From the human T2T-CHM13v2.0 reference genome, Homo sapiens: a DNA stretch of 64,000 nucleotides. The notes below the pieces were generated by a model. The model had not been told where the DNA came from and searched no databases. It was given only the letters and a program-made list of their open reading frames with translations. The DNA is taken from NCBI RefSeq assembly GCF_009914755.1, contig NC_060933.1. One strand, written 5' to 3'. Positions 14,101 through 26,800 of the stretch are shown here, in pieces; within the stretch, counting starts at the first letter, position 1, and the number at the start of each line of letters is the position of its first letter. A program made the position numbers and the translations under genes.

Positions 14101-15807
14101 GGAATGGAATTGAACGGAATGGAACGGAACGGAATGGAATGGAATGGAATGGAATGGAATGGAATGGAATGGTGTGGAATGGAATGGAATGGAATGGAAT
14201 GGTGTGGAATGGAATGGAATGGAATGAATCAACGCGAGTGCAGGGGAATGTAATGGAACGGAATGTAATGGAATGGAATCATCCGGAATGGAATGGAATG
14301 GAATGGAATGGAATGGAATCAACCCGAGTGCAATGGAATGGAGTGGAATGGAATGGAATGGAATGGAACAACCCGAATGGAATGGAATGTAATGGAGAGT
14401 AAGGGAGTTGAATAGAATCAATCCGAATGTAATGGAATGGAATGCAACGGAATGGAATGGAATGGAATGGAATGCAATTGAATGGAATCAACCCGAGTAC
14501 AATGGAATGGAATGGAATGGAATGGAATGGAATGGAATGGAATGGCTTCAAACCGAATGGAATGGAAAGGAATGGAATCAACACGAGTGGAATGGAATGG
14601 AATGGAATGGAATGGAATGGAATGGAATGGTATGGAATAGAATGGAATGGAAAGAAATGGAATGGAATGGAATGGAATGGAATGGAATGGAATGGAATGG
14701 AATCGTTCCGAGTGGAATAGGAGGGAATCTATTCGAGTGGATTGGAAAGGAATGGAATCAACCAGAGTGGAATGGAAGGGAATAGAATGGAATGGAAACC
14801 AATAGAATGGAATCAACCCGAGTGGAATGGAATGGAAAGGACTGGAATGGAATGGAATGGAATGGAATGGAATGGAATCAACTCGATTGTAATGGAATGG
14901 AATGGAATGGAATGGAATGGAATGGAATGGAATGGAATTAACTCAAATACAATGGAATGGAATGGAATGGAACGGAATGGAGTGGAATGGAATGGAATCA
15001 TCCCGAGTGCAGGGCAATGGAATGGAATGGAATGCAATGGAATGGAATCATCCGGAATGGAATGGAATGGAATGGAATGCAAAGCAATGGAATCAACTCG
15101 ATTGCAATGGAATGGAATGGACTGGAAAGGAATACATTGGAATCAACCCGAGTGGAATGGAATGGAAAGGACTGGAATGGAGTGGAATGGAATGGAATGG
15201 AATGGAATGGAATCAACTCGATTGGAATGGAATGGAATGGAATGGAATGGAATGGAATGGAATGGAATTAACCCGAATAGAATGGAATGGAATTAAATGG
15301 AACGGAACGGAATGAAATGGGATGGAATGGAATGGAATGGAATGGAATGGAATGGAATGGAATGGAATCAACCCGACTGCAGGGGAATGGAATGGAATGG
15401 AATGCAATGGAATGGATTCAACTTGAATGGAATGGAAAGAATGGAATCAACACGAGTGGAATGGCATGGATTGGAATGGAATGGAATGGAATCAACCCGA
15501 GTACAGGGGAATGGAATGGAATGGAATGCAATGGAACGGAATCATCCGTAATGGAATGGAAAGGAATGGAATGGAATGGAATGGAATGGAATGGAATGGA
15601 ATGGAATCAACTCGATTGCAATCGAATGGAATGGAATGGAATTAACCCGAATAGAATGGAATGGAATGGAATGGAACGGAACGGAACGGAACGGAATGGA
15701 ATGGAATGGAATGGAATGGAAAGGAAAGGAACGGAATGGAATGGAATGGAATGGAATGGAATCAACGCGAGTGCAGGGGAATGGAATGGAATGGAATGCA
15801 ATGGAAT

Positions 15808-15822
15808 GGAATCTTCCGGAAT
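15808..15822. promoter_or_regulatory. Perfect HSE in the short half of the 2.7-kb unit
   Basis: GGAATCTTCCGGAAT, about 50 bp after the start of CAACGCGAGTGCAGGGG. Confidence 0.55.
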
Positions 15823-16655
15823 GGAATGGAATGGAATGAAATGGAATCAACCCGAGTGCAATGGAATGGAGTGGAATGGAATGGAATAGAATGGAACAAC
15901 CCGAATGGAATGGAATGTAATGGAGAGTAAGGGAGTTGAATAGAATAATTCCGAATGTAATGGAATGGAATGGAACGGAATGGAATTGAATGGAATGGAA
16001 TGGAATGCAATGGAATGGAATCAACCCGAGTGCAATGGAATGGAGAGGAATGGAATGGAATGGAATGGAAACTACCCGAATGGAATGGAATGTAATGGAG
16101 TGTAAGGGAATTGAATAGAATCAATCCGAATGTAATGGAATGGAATGGAACGGAATGGAATGGAATGGAACGGAATGGAATGGAATGGAATGGAATCAAA
16201 CCGAGTGCAATCGAATGGAATCGAATGGAATGCAATGCAATGGAATGGATTCAACTTGAATGGAATGGAAAGAATGGAATCAACACGAGTGGAATGGCAT
16301 GGATTGGAATGGAATGGAATGGAATCAACCCGAGTACAGGGGAATGGAATGGAATGGAATGCAATGGAATGGAATCATCCGTAATGGAATGGAAAGGAAT
16401 GGAATGGAATGGAATGGAATGGAATGGAATGGAATGGAATGGAATCAACTCGATTGCAATCGAATGTAATGGAATGGAATTAACCCGAATAGAATGGAAT
16501 GGAATGGAATGGAACGGAACGGAATGGAATGGAATGGAATGGAATGGAACGGAACGGAACGGAACGGAACGGAATGGAATGGAATGGAATGGAATGGAAT
16601 GGAATGGAATCAACGCGAGTGTAGGGGAATGGAATGGAATGGAATGCAATGGAAT

Positions 16656-16670
16656 GGAATCTTCCGGAAT
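16656..16670. promoter_or_regulatory. Perfect HSE in the long half of the 2.7-kb unit
   Basis: GGAATCTTCCGGAAT, 848 bp after the previous HSE and in the same local context. Confidence 0.55.
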
Positions 16671-19600
16671 GGAATGGAATGGAATGGAATGAAATGCAAT
16701 GGATTCAACTCGATTGCAATGGAATGGAATAGAATGGAATGGAATGGAATGGAATGGAATTAACCCGAATAGAATGGAATGGAATGGAATGGAACGGAAT
16801 GGAACGGAATGGAACGGAATGGAATGGAATGGAATGGAACGGAATGGAATGGAATGGTATGGAATGGAATGGAATGGTACGGAATAGAATGGAATGGAAC
16901 GAATTGGAATGGAATTGAATGGAATGGAATGGAATGGAATGGAATCAACGCGAGTGCAGGGGAATGCAATGCAACGGAATGCAATGGAATGGAATCATCC
17001 GGAATGGAATGGAATGGAATGGAATGGAATCAACCCGAGTGCAATGGAATGGAGTGGAATGGAATGGAATGGAATGGAACAACCCGAATGGAATGGAATG
17101 GAATGGAGAGTAAGGGAGTTGAATAGAATCAATCCGAATGTAATGGAATGGAAAGCAACGGAATGGAATGGAATGGAATGGAATGGAATGCAATGGAATG
17201 GAATCAACCCGAGTACAATGGAATGGAATGGAATGCAATGGAATGGAATGGAATGGAATGGAATGGAATTGAATGGATTGGAATGCCTTCAAACCGAATG
17301 GAATGGAAAGGAATGGAATCAACACGAGTGGAATGGAATGGAATGGAAAGGAATGGAATGGAATGGAATGGCACGGAATAGAATGGAATGGAACGAAATG
17401 GAATGGAATGGAATGGAATGGAATGGAATCATTCCGAGTGGAATAGGAGGGAATGTATTCGAGTGGAATGGAAAAGAATGGAATCAACCAGAGTGGAATG
17501 GAAGGGAATGGAATGGAATGGAAACTAATAGAATGGAATCAACCCGAGTGGAATGGAATGGAAATGACTGGAATGGAATGGAATGGAATGGAATGGAATC
17601 ATCTCGATTGTAATGGATTGGAATGGAATGGAATGGAATGGAATGGAATGGAATGGAATTAACCCGAATACAACGGAATGGAATGGCATGGAACGGAATG
17701 GAGTGGAATGGAATGGAATCAACCCGAGTGCAGGGGAATGGAATGGAATGGAATGCAATGGAATGGAATCATCCGGAATGGAATGGAATGGAATGGAATG
17801 CAAAGCAATGGAATCAACTCGATTGCAATGGAATGGAATGGAATGGAAAGGAATACATTGGAATCAACCCGAGTGGAATGGAATGGAAAGGACTGGAATG
17901 GAGTGGAATGGAATGGAATGGAATGGAATGGAATCAACTCGATTGGAATGGAATGGAATGGAATGGAATGGAATGGAATGGAATGGAATTAACCCGAATA
18001 GAATGGAATGGAATTAAATGGAAAGGAACGGAATGGAATGGAATGGAATGGAATGGAATGGAATGGAATGGAATCAACCCGACTGAAGGGGAATGGAATG
18101 GAATGGAATGCAATGGAATGGATTCAACTTGAATGGAATGGAAAGAATGGAATCAACACGAGTGGAATGGCATGGATTGCAATGGAATGGAATGGAATCA
18201 ACCCGAGTACAGGGGAATGGAATGGAATGGAATGCAATGGAATGGAATCATCCGTAATGGAATGGAAAGGAATGGAATGGAATGGAATGGAATGGAATGG
18301 AATGGAATGGAATCAACTCGATTTCAATGGAATGGAATGGAATGTAATTAACCCGAATAGAATGGAATGGAATGGAATGGAACGGAATGGAACGGAATGG
18401 AACGGAATGGAATGGAATGGAATGGAATGGAAAGGAATGGAATGGAATGGAATGGAATGGAATGGAATCAACGCGAGTGCAGGGGAATGGAATGTAATGG
18501 AATGCAATGGAATGGAATCTCCCGGAATGGAATGGAATGGAATGGAATCAACCCGAGTGCAATGGAATGGAGTGGCATGGAATGGAATGGAACGGAACAA
18601 CCCGAATGGAATGGAATGTAATGGAGAGTAAGGCAGTTGAATAGAATCAATCCGAATGTAATGGAATGGAATGGAACGGAATGGAATTGAATGGAATGGA
18701 ATGGAATGCAATGGAATGGAATCAACCCGAGTGCAATGGAATGGAGAGGAATGGAATGGAATGGAATGGAAACTACCCGAATGGAATGGAATGTAATGGA
18801 GTGTAAGGAAATTGAATAGAATCAATCCGAATGTAATGGAATGGAATGGAATGGAATGGAATGGAATGGAATGGAATGGAATGGAATGCAATGGAATGGA
18901 ATCAACCCGAGTGCAATCGAATGGAATCGAATGGAATGGAATGCAATGGAATAGATTCAACTTGAATGGAATGGAAAGAATGGAATCAACACGAGTGGAA
19001 GGGCATGGATTGGAATGGAATGGAATGGAATCAACCCGAGTACAGGGGAATGGAATGGAATGGAATGCAATGGAATGGAATCATCCGTAATGGAATGGAA
19101 TGGAATGGAATGGAATGGAATGGAATCAACACGATTGCAATCGAATGGAATGGAATGGAATTAACCCGAATAGAATGGAATGGAATGGAATGGAACGGAA
19201 CGGAATGGAATGGAATGGAATGGAATGGAATGGAACGGAACGGAATGGAATGGAATGGAATGGAATGGAATGGAATGGAATCAACGCGAGTGCAGGGGAA
19301 TGGAATGGAATGGAATGCAATGCAATGGAATCTTCCGGAATGGAATGGAATGGAATGGAATGGAATGGAATGCAATGGATTCAACTCGATTGCAATGGAA
19401 TGGAATAGAATGGAATGGAATGGAATGGAATGGAATTAACCCGAATAGAATGGAATGGAATGGAATGGAACGGAATGGAATGGAATGGAATGGAATGGAA
19501 TGGAATGGTACGGAATAGAATGGAATGGAACGAATTGTAATGGAATGGAATTGAATGGAATGGAATGGAATGGAATGGAATCAACGCGAGTGCAGGGGAA

Positions 19601-20575
19601 TGTAATGGAACAGAATGCAATGGAATGGAATCATCCGGAATTGAATGGAATGGAATGGAATCAACCCGAGTGCAATGGAATGGAATGGAATGGAATGGAA
19701 TGGAATGGAACAACCCGAATGGAATGGAATGTAATGGAAAGTAAGGGAGTTGAATAGAATCAATCCGAATGTAATGGAATGGAATGCAACGGAATGGAAT
19801 GGAATGGAATGGAATGGAATGGAATGGAATGGAATGCAATGGAATGGAATCGACCAGAGTACAAGGGAATGGAATGGAATGGAATGGAATGGAATGGAAT
19901 GGAATGGAATGGAATTGAATGGAATGGAATGCCTTCAAACCGAATGGAAAGGAAAGCAATGGAATCAACACGAGTGGAATGGAATGGAATGGAAAGGAAT
20001 GGAATGGAATGGAATGGTACGGTATAGAATGGAATGGAACGAAATGGAATGGAATGCAATGGAATGGAATGGAATGGAATGGAATGGAATGGAATGGAAT
20101 GGAATCGTTCCGAGTGGAATAGGAGGGAATGTATTCGAGTGGAATGGAAAGGAATGGAATCAACCAGAGTGGAATGGAAGGGAATGGAATGGAATGGAAA
20201 CTAATAGAATGGAATCAACCCGAGTGGAATGGAATGGAAAGGACTGGAATGGAATGGAATGAAATGGAATGGAATCAACTCGATTGTAATGGAATGGAAT
20301 GGAATGGAATGGAATGGAATGGAATGGAATGGAATGGAATTAACCCGAATACAATGGAATGGAATGGAATGGAACGGAATGGAGTGGAATGGAATGGAAT
20401 CAACCCGAGTGCAGGGGAATGGAATGGAATGGAATGGAATGGAATCAACTCGATTGGAATGGAATGGAATGGAATGGAATGGAATGGAATGGAATTAACC
20501 CGAATACAATGGAATGGAATGGAATGGAACGGAATGGAATGGAATAGAATGGAATGGAATGGAATGGAATGGAAT

Positions 20576-21509
20576 CAACCCGACTGCAGAGGAATGGAAT
20601 GGAATGGAATGCAATGGAATGGAATCATCCGGAACGGAATGGAATGGAATGGAATGGAATCAACTCGATTGCAATGGAATGGAATGGAATGGAATGGAAT
20701 CAAATGGAATGGAATGGAATTAACCCGAATAGAATGGAATGGATTGGAATGGAATGGAATGGAACGGAACGGAACGGAATGGAATGGAATGGAATGGAAT
20801 GGAATGGAATCAACCCGAGTGCAGGGGAATGGAATGGAATGGAATGCAATGGAATGGAATCATCCGGAATGGAATGGAATGATATGGAATGGAATGCAAT
20901 CAACCTGATGCAATGGAATGGAGTGGAATGGAATGGAATGGAATGGAAACATCCCGAATGGAATGGAATGTAATGGAGTGTAAGGGAATTGAATAGAATC
21001 AATCCGAATGTAATGGAATGGAATGGAATGAAATGAAATGGAATGGAATGGAATGGAATCAACCAGAGTGCAATGGGATGGATTCGAATGGAATGGAATG
21101 GAATGGAATGGATTCAACAACAATGGAATGGAAAGGAATGGAATCAACCCGAGTGTAATGGCATGGAATGGAACGGAATGGAATGGGATGGAATGGAATG
21201 GTATGGAATAGAATGGAATGGAATGAAATGGAATGGAATGGAATGGAATGGAATGGAATGGAATGAACCCGTGTGCAGTGGAATGGAATGGAATGAAATG
21301 GAATGGAATGGATTCAACTCGAATGGAATCAACTCGATTGCAATGGAATGGAACGGAATGGAAAGGAATAGAATGGAATCAACCCGAGTGGAATGGAATG
21401 GAAAGGACTGGAATGGAATGGAATGGAATGGAATGGAATTAACACGAATAGAATGGAATGGAACAGAATGGAACGGAATGGAATGGAATGGAATGGAATG
21501 GAATGGAAT
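20576..21509 (+). repeat. Rare cassette F, copy 3
   Basis: CAACCTGATGC at 20901, AAACATCCCG at ~20947, GATTCAACAAC at ~21111 and GAACCCGTGTGC at ~21265. Confidence 0.8.
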
Positions 21510-23781
21510 CAACCCGAGTGCAGAGGAATGGAATGGAATGGAATGCAATCGAATGGAATCATCCGGAATGGAATGGAATGGAATGGCATGGAATGGAATG
21601 GAATGGAATCAACTCGATTTCAATGGAATGGAATGGAATAGAATGGAATGGAATTAACACGAATAGAATGGAATGGAATGGAATGGAACAGAAAGGAATG
21701 GAATGGAATGGAATCAACCCAAGTGCAGGGGAATGGAATGGAATGGAATTCAATGGAATGGAATCATCCGGAATGGAATGGAATGGAATGGAATGGAATG
21801 GAGTGGAATGGAATGGAATCAACCCGTGTGCAATGGAATGGAGAGGAATGGAATGGAATGGAATGGAAACTACCCGAATGGAATGGAATGTAATGGAGTG
21901 TAAGGGAATTGATTAGAATGAATCCGAATGGAATGGAATGGAATGGAAAGGAATGGAATGGAATGGAATGGAATGGAATGGAATGGAATGCAATGCCATG
22001 GAATCAACCCGAGTGAAATCGAATGGAATTGAATGGAATGGAATGCAATGGAATGGATTCAACTTGAATGGAATGGAAAGAATGGAATCAACACGAGTGG
22101 AATGGCATGGATTGGAATGGAATGGAATGGAATCAACCCGTGTACAGGGGAATGGAATGGAATGGAATGCAATGGAATGGAATCATCCGTAATGGAATGG
22201 AAAGGAATGGAATGTAATCGGATGGAATGCAGTGGAATGGAATGGAATCAACTCGATTGCTATCGAATGGAATGGAATGGAATTAACCCGAATAGAATGG
22301 AATGGAATGGAATGGAACGGAAAGGAACGGAACGGAATGGAATGGAATGGAATGGAATGGAATGGAATGGAATGGAATGGTATGGAATAGAATGGAATGG
22401 AATGGAATGGTATGGAATAGAATGGAATGGAAAGAAATGGAATGGAATGGAATGGAATGGAATGGAATGGAATGGAATGGAATGGAATCGTTCCGAGTGG
22501 AATAGGAGGGAATGTATTCGAGTGGATTGGAAAGGAATGGAATCAACCAGAGTGGAATGGAAGGGAATGGAATGGAATGGAAACTAATAGAATGGAATCA
22601 ACCCGAGTGGAATGGAATGGAAAGGACTGGAATGGAATGGAATGGAATGGAATGGAATGGAATCAACTCGATTGTAATGGAATGGAATGGAATGGAATGG
22701 AATGGAATGGAATGGAATGGAATGGAATTAACCCAAATACAATGGAATGGAATGGAATGGAACGGAATGGACTGGAATGGAATGGAATCAACCCGAGTGC
22801 AGGGGAATGGAATGGAATGGAATGCAATGGAATGGAATCATCCGGAATGGAATGGAATGGAATGGAAAGCAAAGCAATGGAATCAACTCGATAGCAATGG
22901 AATAGAATGGACTGGAAAGGAATACATTGGAATCAACCCGAGTGGAATGGAATGGAAAGGACTGGAATGGAGTGGAATGGAATGGAATGGAATGGAATGG
23001 AATCAACTCGATTGGAATGGAATGGAATGGAATGGAATGGAATGGAATGGAATTAACCCGAATAGAATGGAATGGAATTAAATGGAACGGAACGGAAAGA
23101 AATGGGATGGAATGGAATGGAATGGAATGGAATGGAATGGAATCAACCCGACTGCAGGGGAATGGAATGGAATGGAATGCAATGGAATGGATTCAACTTG
23201 AATGGAATGGAAAGAATGGAATCAACACGAGTGGAATGGCATGGATTGGAATGGAATGGAATGGAATCAACCCGAGTACAGGGGAATGGAATGGAATGGA
23301 ATGCAATGGAATGGAATCATCCGTAATGGAATGGAAAGGAATGGAATGGAATGGAATGGAATGGAATGGAATGGAATGGAATGGAATCAACTCGATTGCA
23401 ATTGAATGGAATGGAATGGAAATAACCCGAATAGAATGGAATGGAATGGAATGGAACGGAACGGAATGGAATGGAATGGAATGCAATGGAACGGAACGGA
23501 ATGGAATGGAATGGAATGGAATGGAATGGAATCAACGCGAGTGCAATGGAATGGAGTGGAATGGAATGGAATGGAATGGAACAACCCGAATGGAATGGAA
23601 TGTAATGGAGAGTAAGGGAGTTGAATAGAATAATTCCGAATGTAATGGAATGGAATGGAACGGAATGGAATTGAATGGAATGGAATGGAATGCAATGGAA
23701 TGGAATCAACCCGAGTGCAATGGAATGGAGTGGAAAGGAATGGAAAGGAATGGAACAACCCGAATGGAATGCAATGTAATG

Positions 23782-23881
23782 GAGAGTAAGGGAGTTGAAT
23801 ACAATCAATCCGAATGGAATGGAATGTAATTGAAAGTAAGGGAGTTGAATAGAATCAATCCGAATGTAATGGAATGGAATG
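23782..23881 (+). repeat. 50-bp direct tandem duplication of the GTAAGGGAGTTGAATA.AATCAATCCG word
   Basis: GTAAGGGAGTTG occurs at 23786 and 23836, exactly 10 pentamers apart. Confidence 0.75.
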
Positions 23882-26800
23882 GAACGGAATGGAATTGAAT
23901 GGAATGGAATGGAATGCAATGGAATGGAATCAACCCGAGTACAATGGAATGAAATGGAATGGAATGGAATGGAATGGAATGGAATGGAATGGAATGGAAT
24001 TGAATGGAATGGCTTCAAACCGAATGGAATGGAAAGGAATGGAATCAACACGAGTGGAATGGAATGGAATGGAATGGAATGGAATGGAATGCTACGGAAT
24101 AGAATGGAATGGAACGAAATGGAATGGAATGGAATGGAATGGAATGGAATGGAATTGTTACGAGTGGATTAAGAGGGAATGTATTCGAGTGGAATGGAAA
24201 GGAGTGGAATCAACCAGAGAGGAATGGAAGGGAATGGAATGGAATGGAAACTAATAGAATGGAATCCACCCGAGTGGAATGGAATGGAAAGGACTGGAAT
24301 GGAGTGGAATCTAATGGAATGGAATGGAATCAAATCGATTGGAATGGAATGGAATGGAATGGAATGGAATCAACTCTATTGCAATGGAATGGAATGGAAT
24401 GGAATGGAATGGAATGGAATGGAATGGAATTAACCCGAATAGAATGGAATGGAATGGAGTGGAACGGAATGTAATGGAATGGAATGGAATCAACCCGAGT
24501 GCAGGGGAATGGAATCGAATGGAATGCGATGGAATGGAATCATCCCGAATGGAATGGAATGGAATGGAATATAATGGAATGGAATTAACACGAATAGAAA
24601 GGAATGGAATGGAATGGAATGGAACGGAAAGAATGGAGTGGAATGGAATGGAATCAACCCGAGTGCAGGGGAATGGAATGGAATGGAATGCAAATAAATG
24701 GAATCATATGTAATGGAATGGAAAGGAATGGAATCGAATGGAATGGAATGGAATGGAATGGAATCAACTCGATTGTAATCGAATGGAATGGAATGGAATT
24801 AACCCGAATAGAATGGAATGGAATGGAATGGAACGGAACGGAATTGAATGGAATGGAATGGAATGGAATGGAATGGAATGGAACGGAAAGGAATGGAATG
24901 GAATGGAATGGAATGGAAAGGAATGGAACGGAACGGAACGGAACGGAATGGAATGGAATGGAATGGAATGGAATCAACGCCAGTGCAGGGGAATGGAATG
25001 GAATGGAATGCAATGGAATGGAATCTTCCGGAATGGAATGGAATGGAATGGAATAGAATGGAATGGAATGGAATGGAATGGAATCAACCAGAGTACAAGG
25101 GAATGGAATGGAATGTAATGCAATGGAATGGAATCATCCGTAATGGAATGGAATGGAATGGAATGGAATGGAATGGAATTAACTCGATTGCAATCGAATG
25201 GAATGGAAGGGAATTAACCCAAATAGAATGGAATGGAATGGAACGGAACGGAACGGAACGGAATGGAATGGAATGGAATGGAATGGAACGGAACGGAACG
25301 GAACGGAATGGAACGGAATGGAATGGAATGGAATGGAATGGAATCAACCCGAGTGCAGGGGAATGGAATGGAATGGATTGCAATGGAATGGAATCTTCTG
25401 GAATGGAATGGAATGGAATGGACTGGAATGCAATGGATTCAACTCGATTGCAATGGAATGGAATAGAATGGAATGGAATGGAATGGAATGGAATTAACCC
25501 GAATACAATGGAATGGAATGGAATGGAACGGAATGGAATGGAATGGTATGGAATGGAATGGAATGGAATGGAATGGTATGGAATGGAATGGAATGGTACG
25601 GAATAGATTGGAATGGAACGAATTGGAATGGAATGGAATCGAATGGAATGGAATGGAATGGAATGGAATCAACCGGAGTGCAGGGTAATGTAATGGAACG
25701 CAATGCAATGGAATGGAATCATCAGGGATGGAATGGAATGGAATGGAATGGAATGGAATGGAATGGAATCAACCCGAGTGCAATGGAATGGAGTGGAATG
25801 GAATGGAATGGAATGGAACAACCCGAATGGAATGGAATGTAATGGAGAGTAAGGGAGTTGAATAGAATCAATCCGAATTTAATGTAATGGAATGGAACGG
25901 AATGGAATGGAATGGAATGGAATGGAATGCAATGGAAAGAAATCAACCCGAGTACAATGGAATGGAATGGAATGGAATGCAATGGAATGGAATGGAATGG
26001 AATGGAATGGAATGGAATGGAATGGAATCAACCCGAGTGCAATGGAATAGAGAGGAATGGAATGGAAAGGAATGGAAACTACCCGAATGGAGTGGAATGT
26101 AATGGAGTGTAAGGGAATTGAATAAAATCAATCCGAATGGAATGGAATGGAATGGAACGGAATGTAATGTAATGGAATGGAATGGAATCAACCCGAGTGC
26201 AGGGGAATGGAATGGAATGGAAAGCAATGGAATGGAATCATCCGGAATGGAATGGAATGGAATGGAATCAACTACATTGCAATGGAATGGAATCGAATGG
26301 AATGGAATAGAATGGAATGGAAGTAACCCGAATAGAATGGAATGCAATAGAATGGAATGCAATGGAACCGAATGGAGGTGAATGGAATGGAATGGAATCA
26401 ACCGGAGTACAGAGGAATGGAATGGAATGGAATGCAATGGAATGGAGTCATCCGTAATGGAATGGAAAGGAAAGGAATGGAATGGAATGGAATGGAATGG
26501 AATGGAATGGAATGGAGTCAACTCGATGGCAATCGAATGGAATGGAATGGAATTAACCCGAATAGAATTGAATGGAATGGAATGGAACGGAACGGAATGG
26601 AATGGAATGGAATGGAACGGAACGGAACGGAATGGAATGGAATGGAATGGAATGGAATCAACGCGAGTGCAGGGGAATGGAATGGAATGGAATGCAATGG
26701 AATGGAATCTTCCGGAATGGAATGGAATGGAGTGGAATGGAATGAAAGGCAATGGATTCAACTCGATTGCAATGGAATGGAATAGAATGGAATGGAATGG

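Larger units (their letters stand above)
15369..18074 (+). repeat. Intact copy of the ~2.7-kb higher-order unit
   Basis: Runs from CAACCCGACTGCAGGGG (15369) to the next CAACCCGACTG (18075), 2706 bp. It contains in order: GATTCAACTTG block, CTTCC, ACAACCCG..GAGTAAGGG, CTACCCG..GTGTAAGGG, second GATTCAACTTG block, CTTCC, GGTACGG, CATCCGG, ACAACCCG..GAGTAAGGG, GCCTTCAAACCG, C(G/A)TTCCGAGTGGAATAGGAGGG and GCAAAGC..ATACATTGG. Confidence 0.85.
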
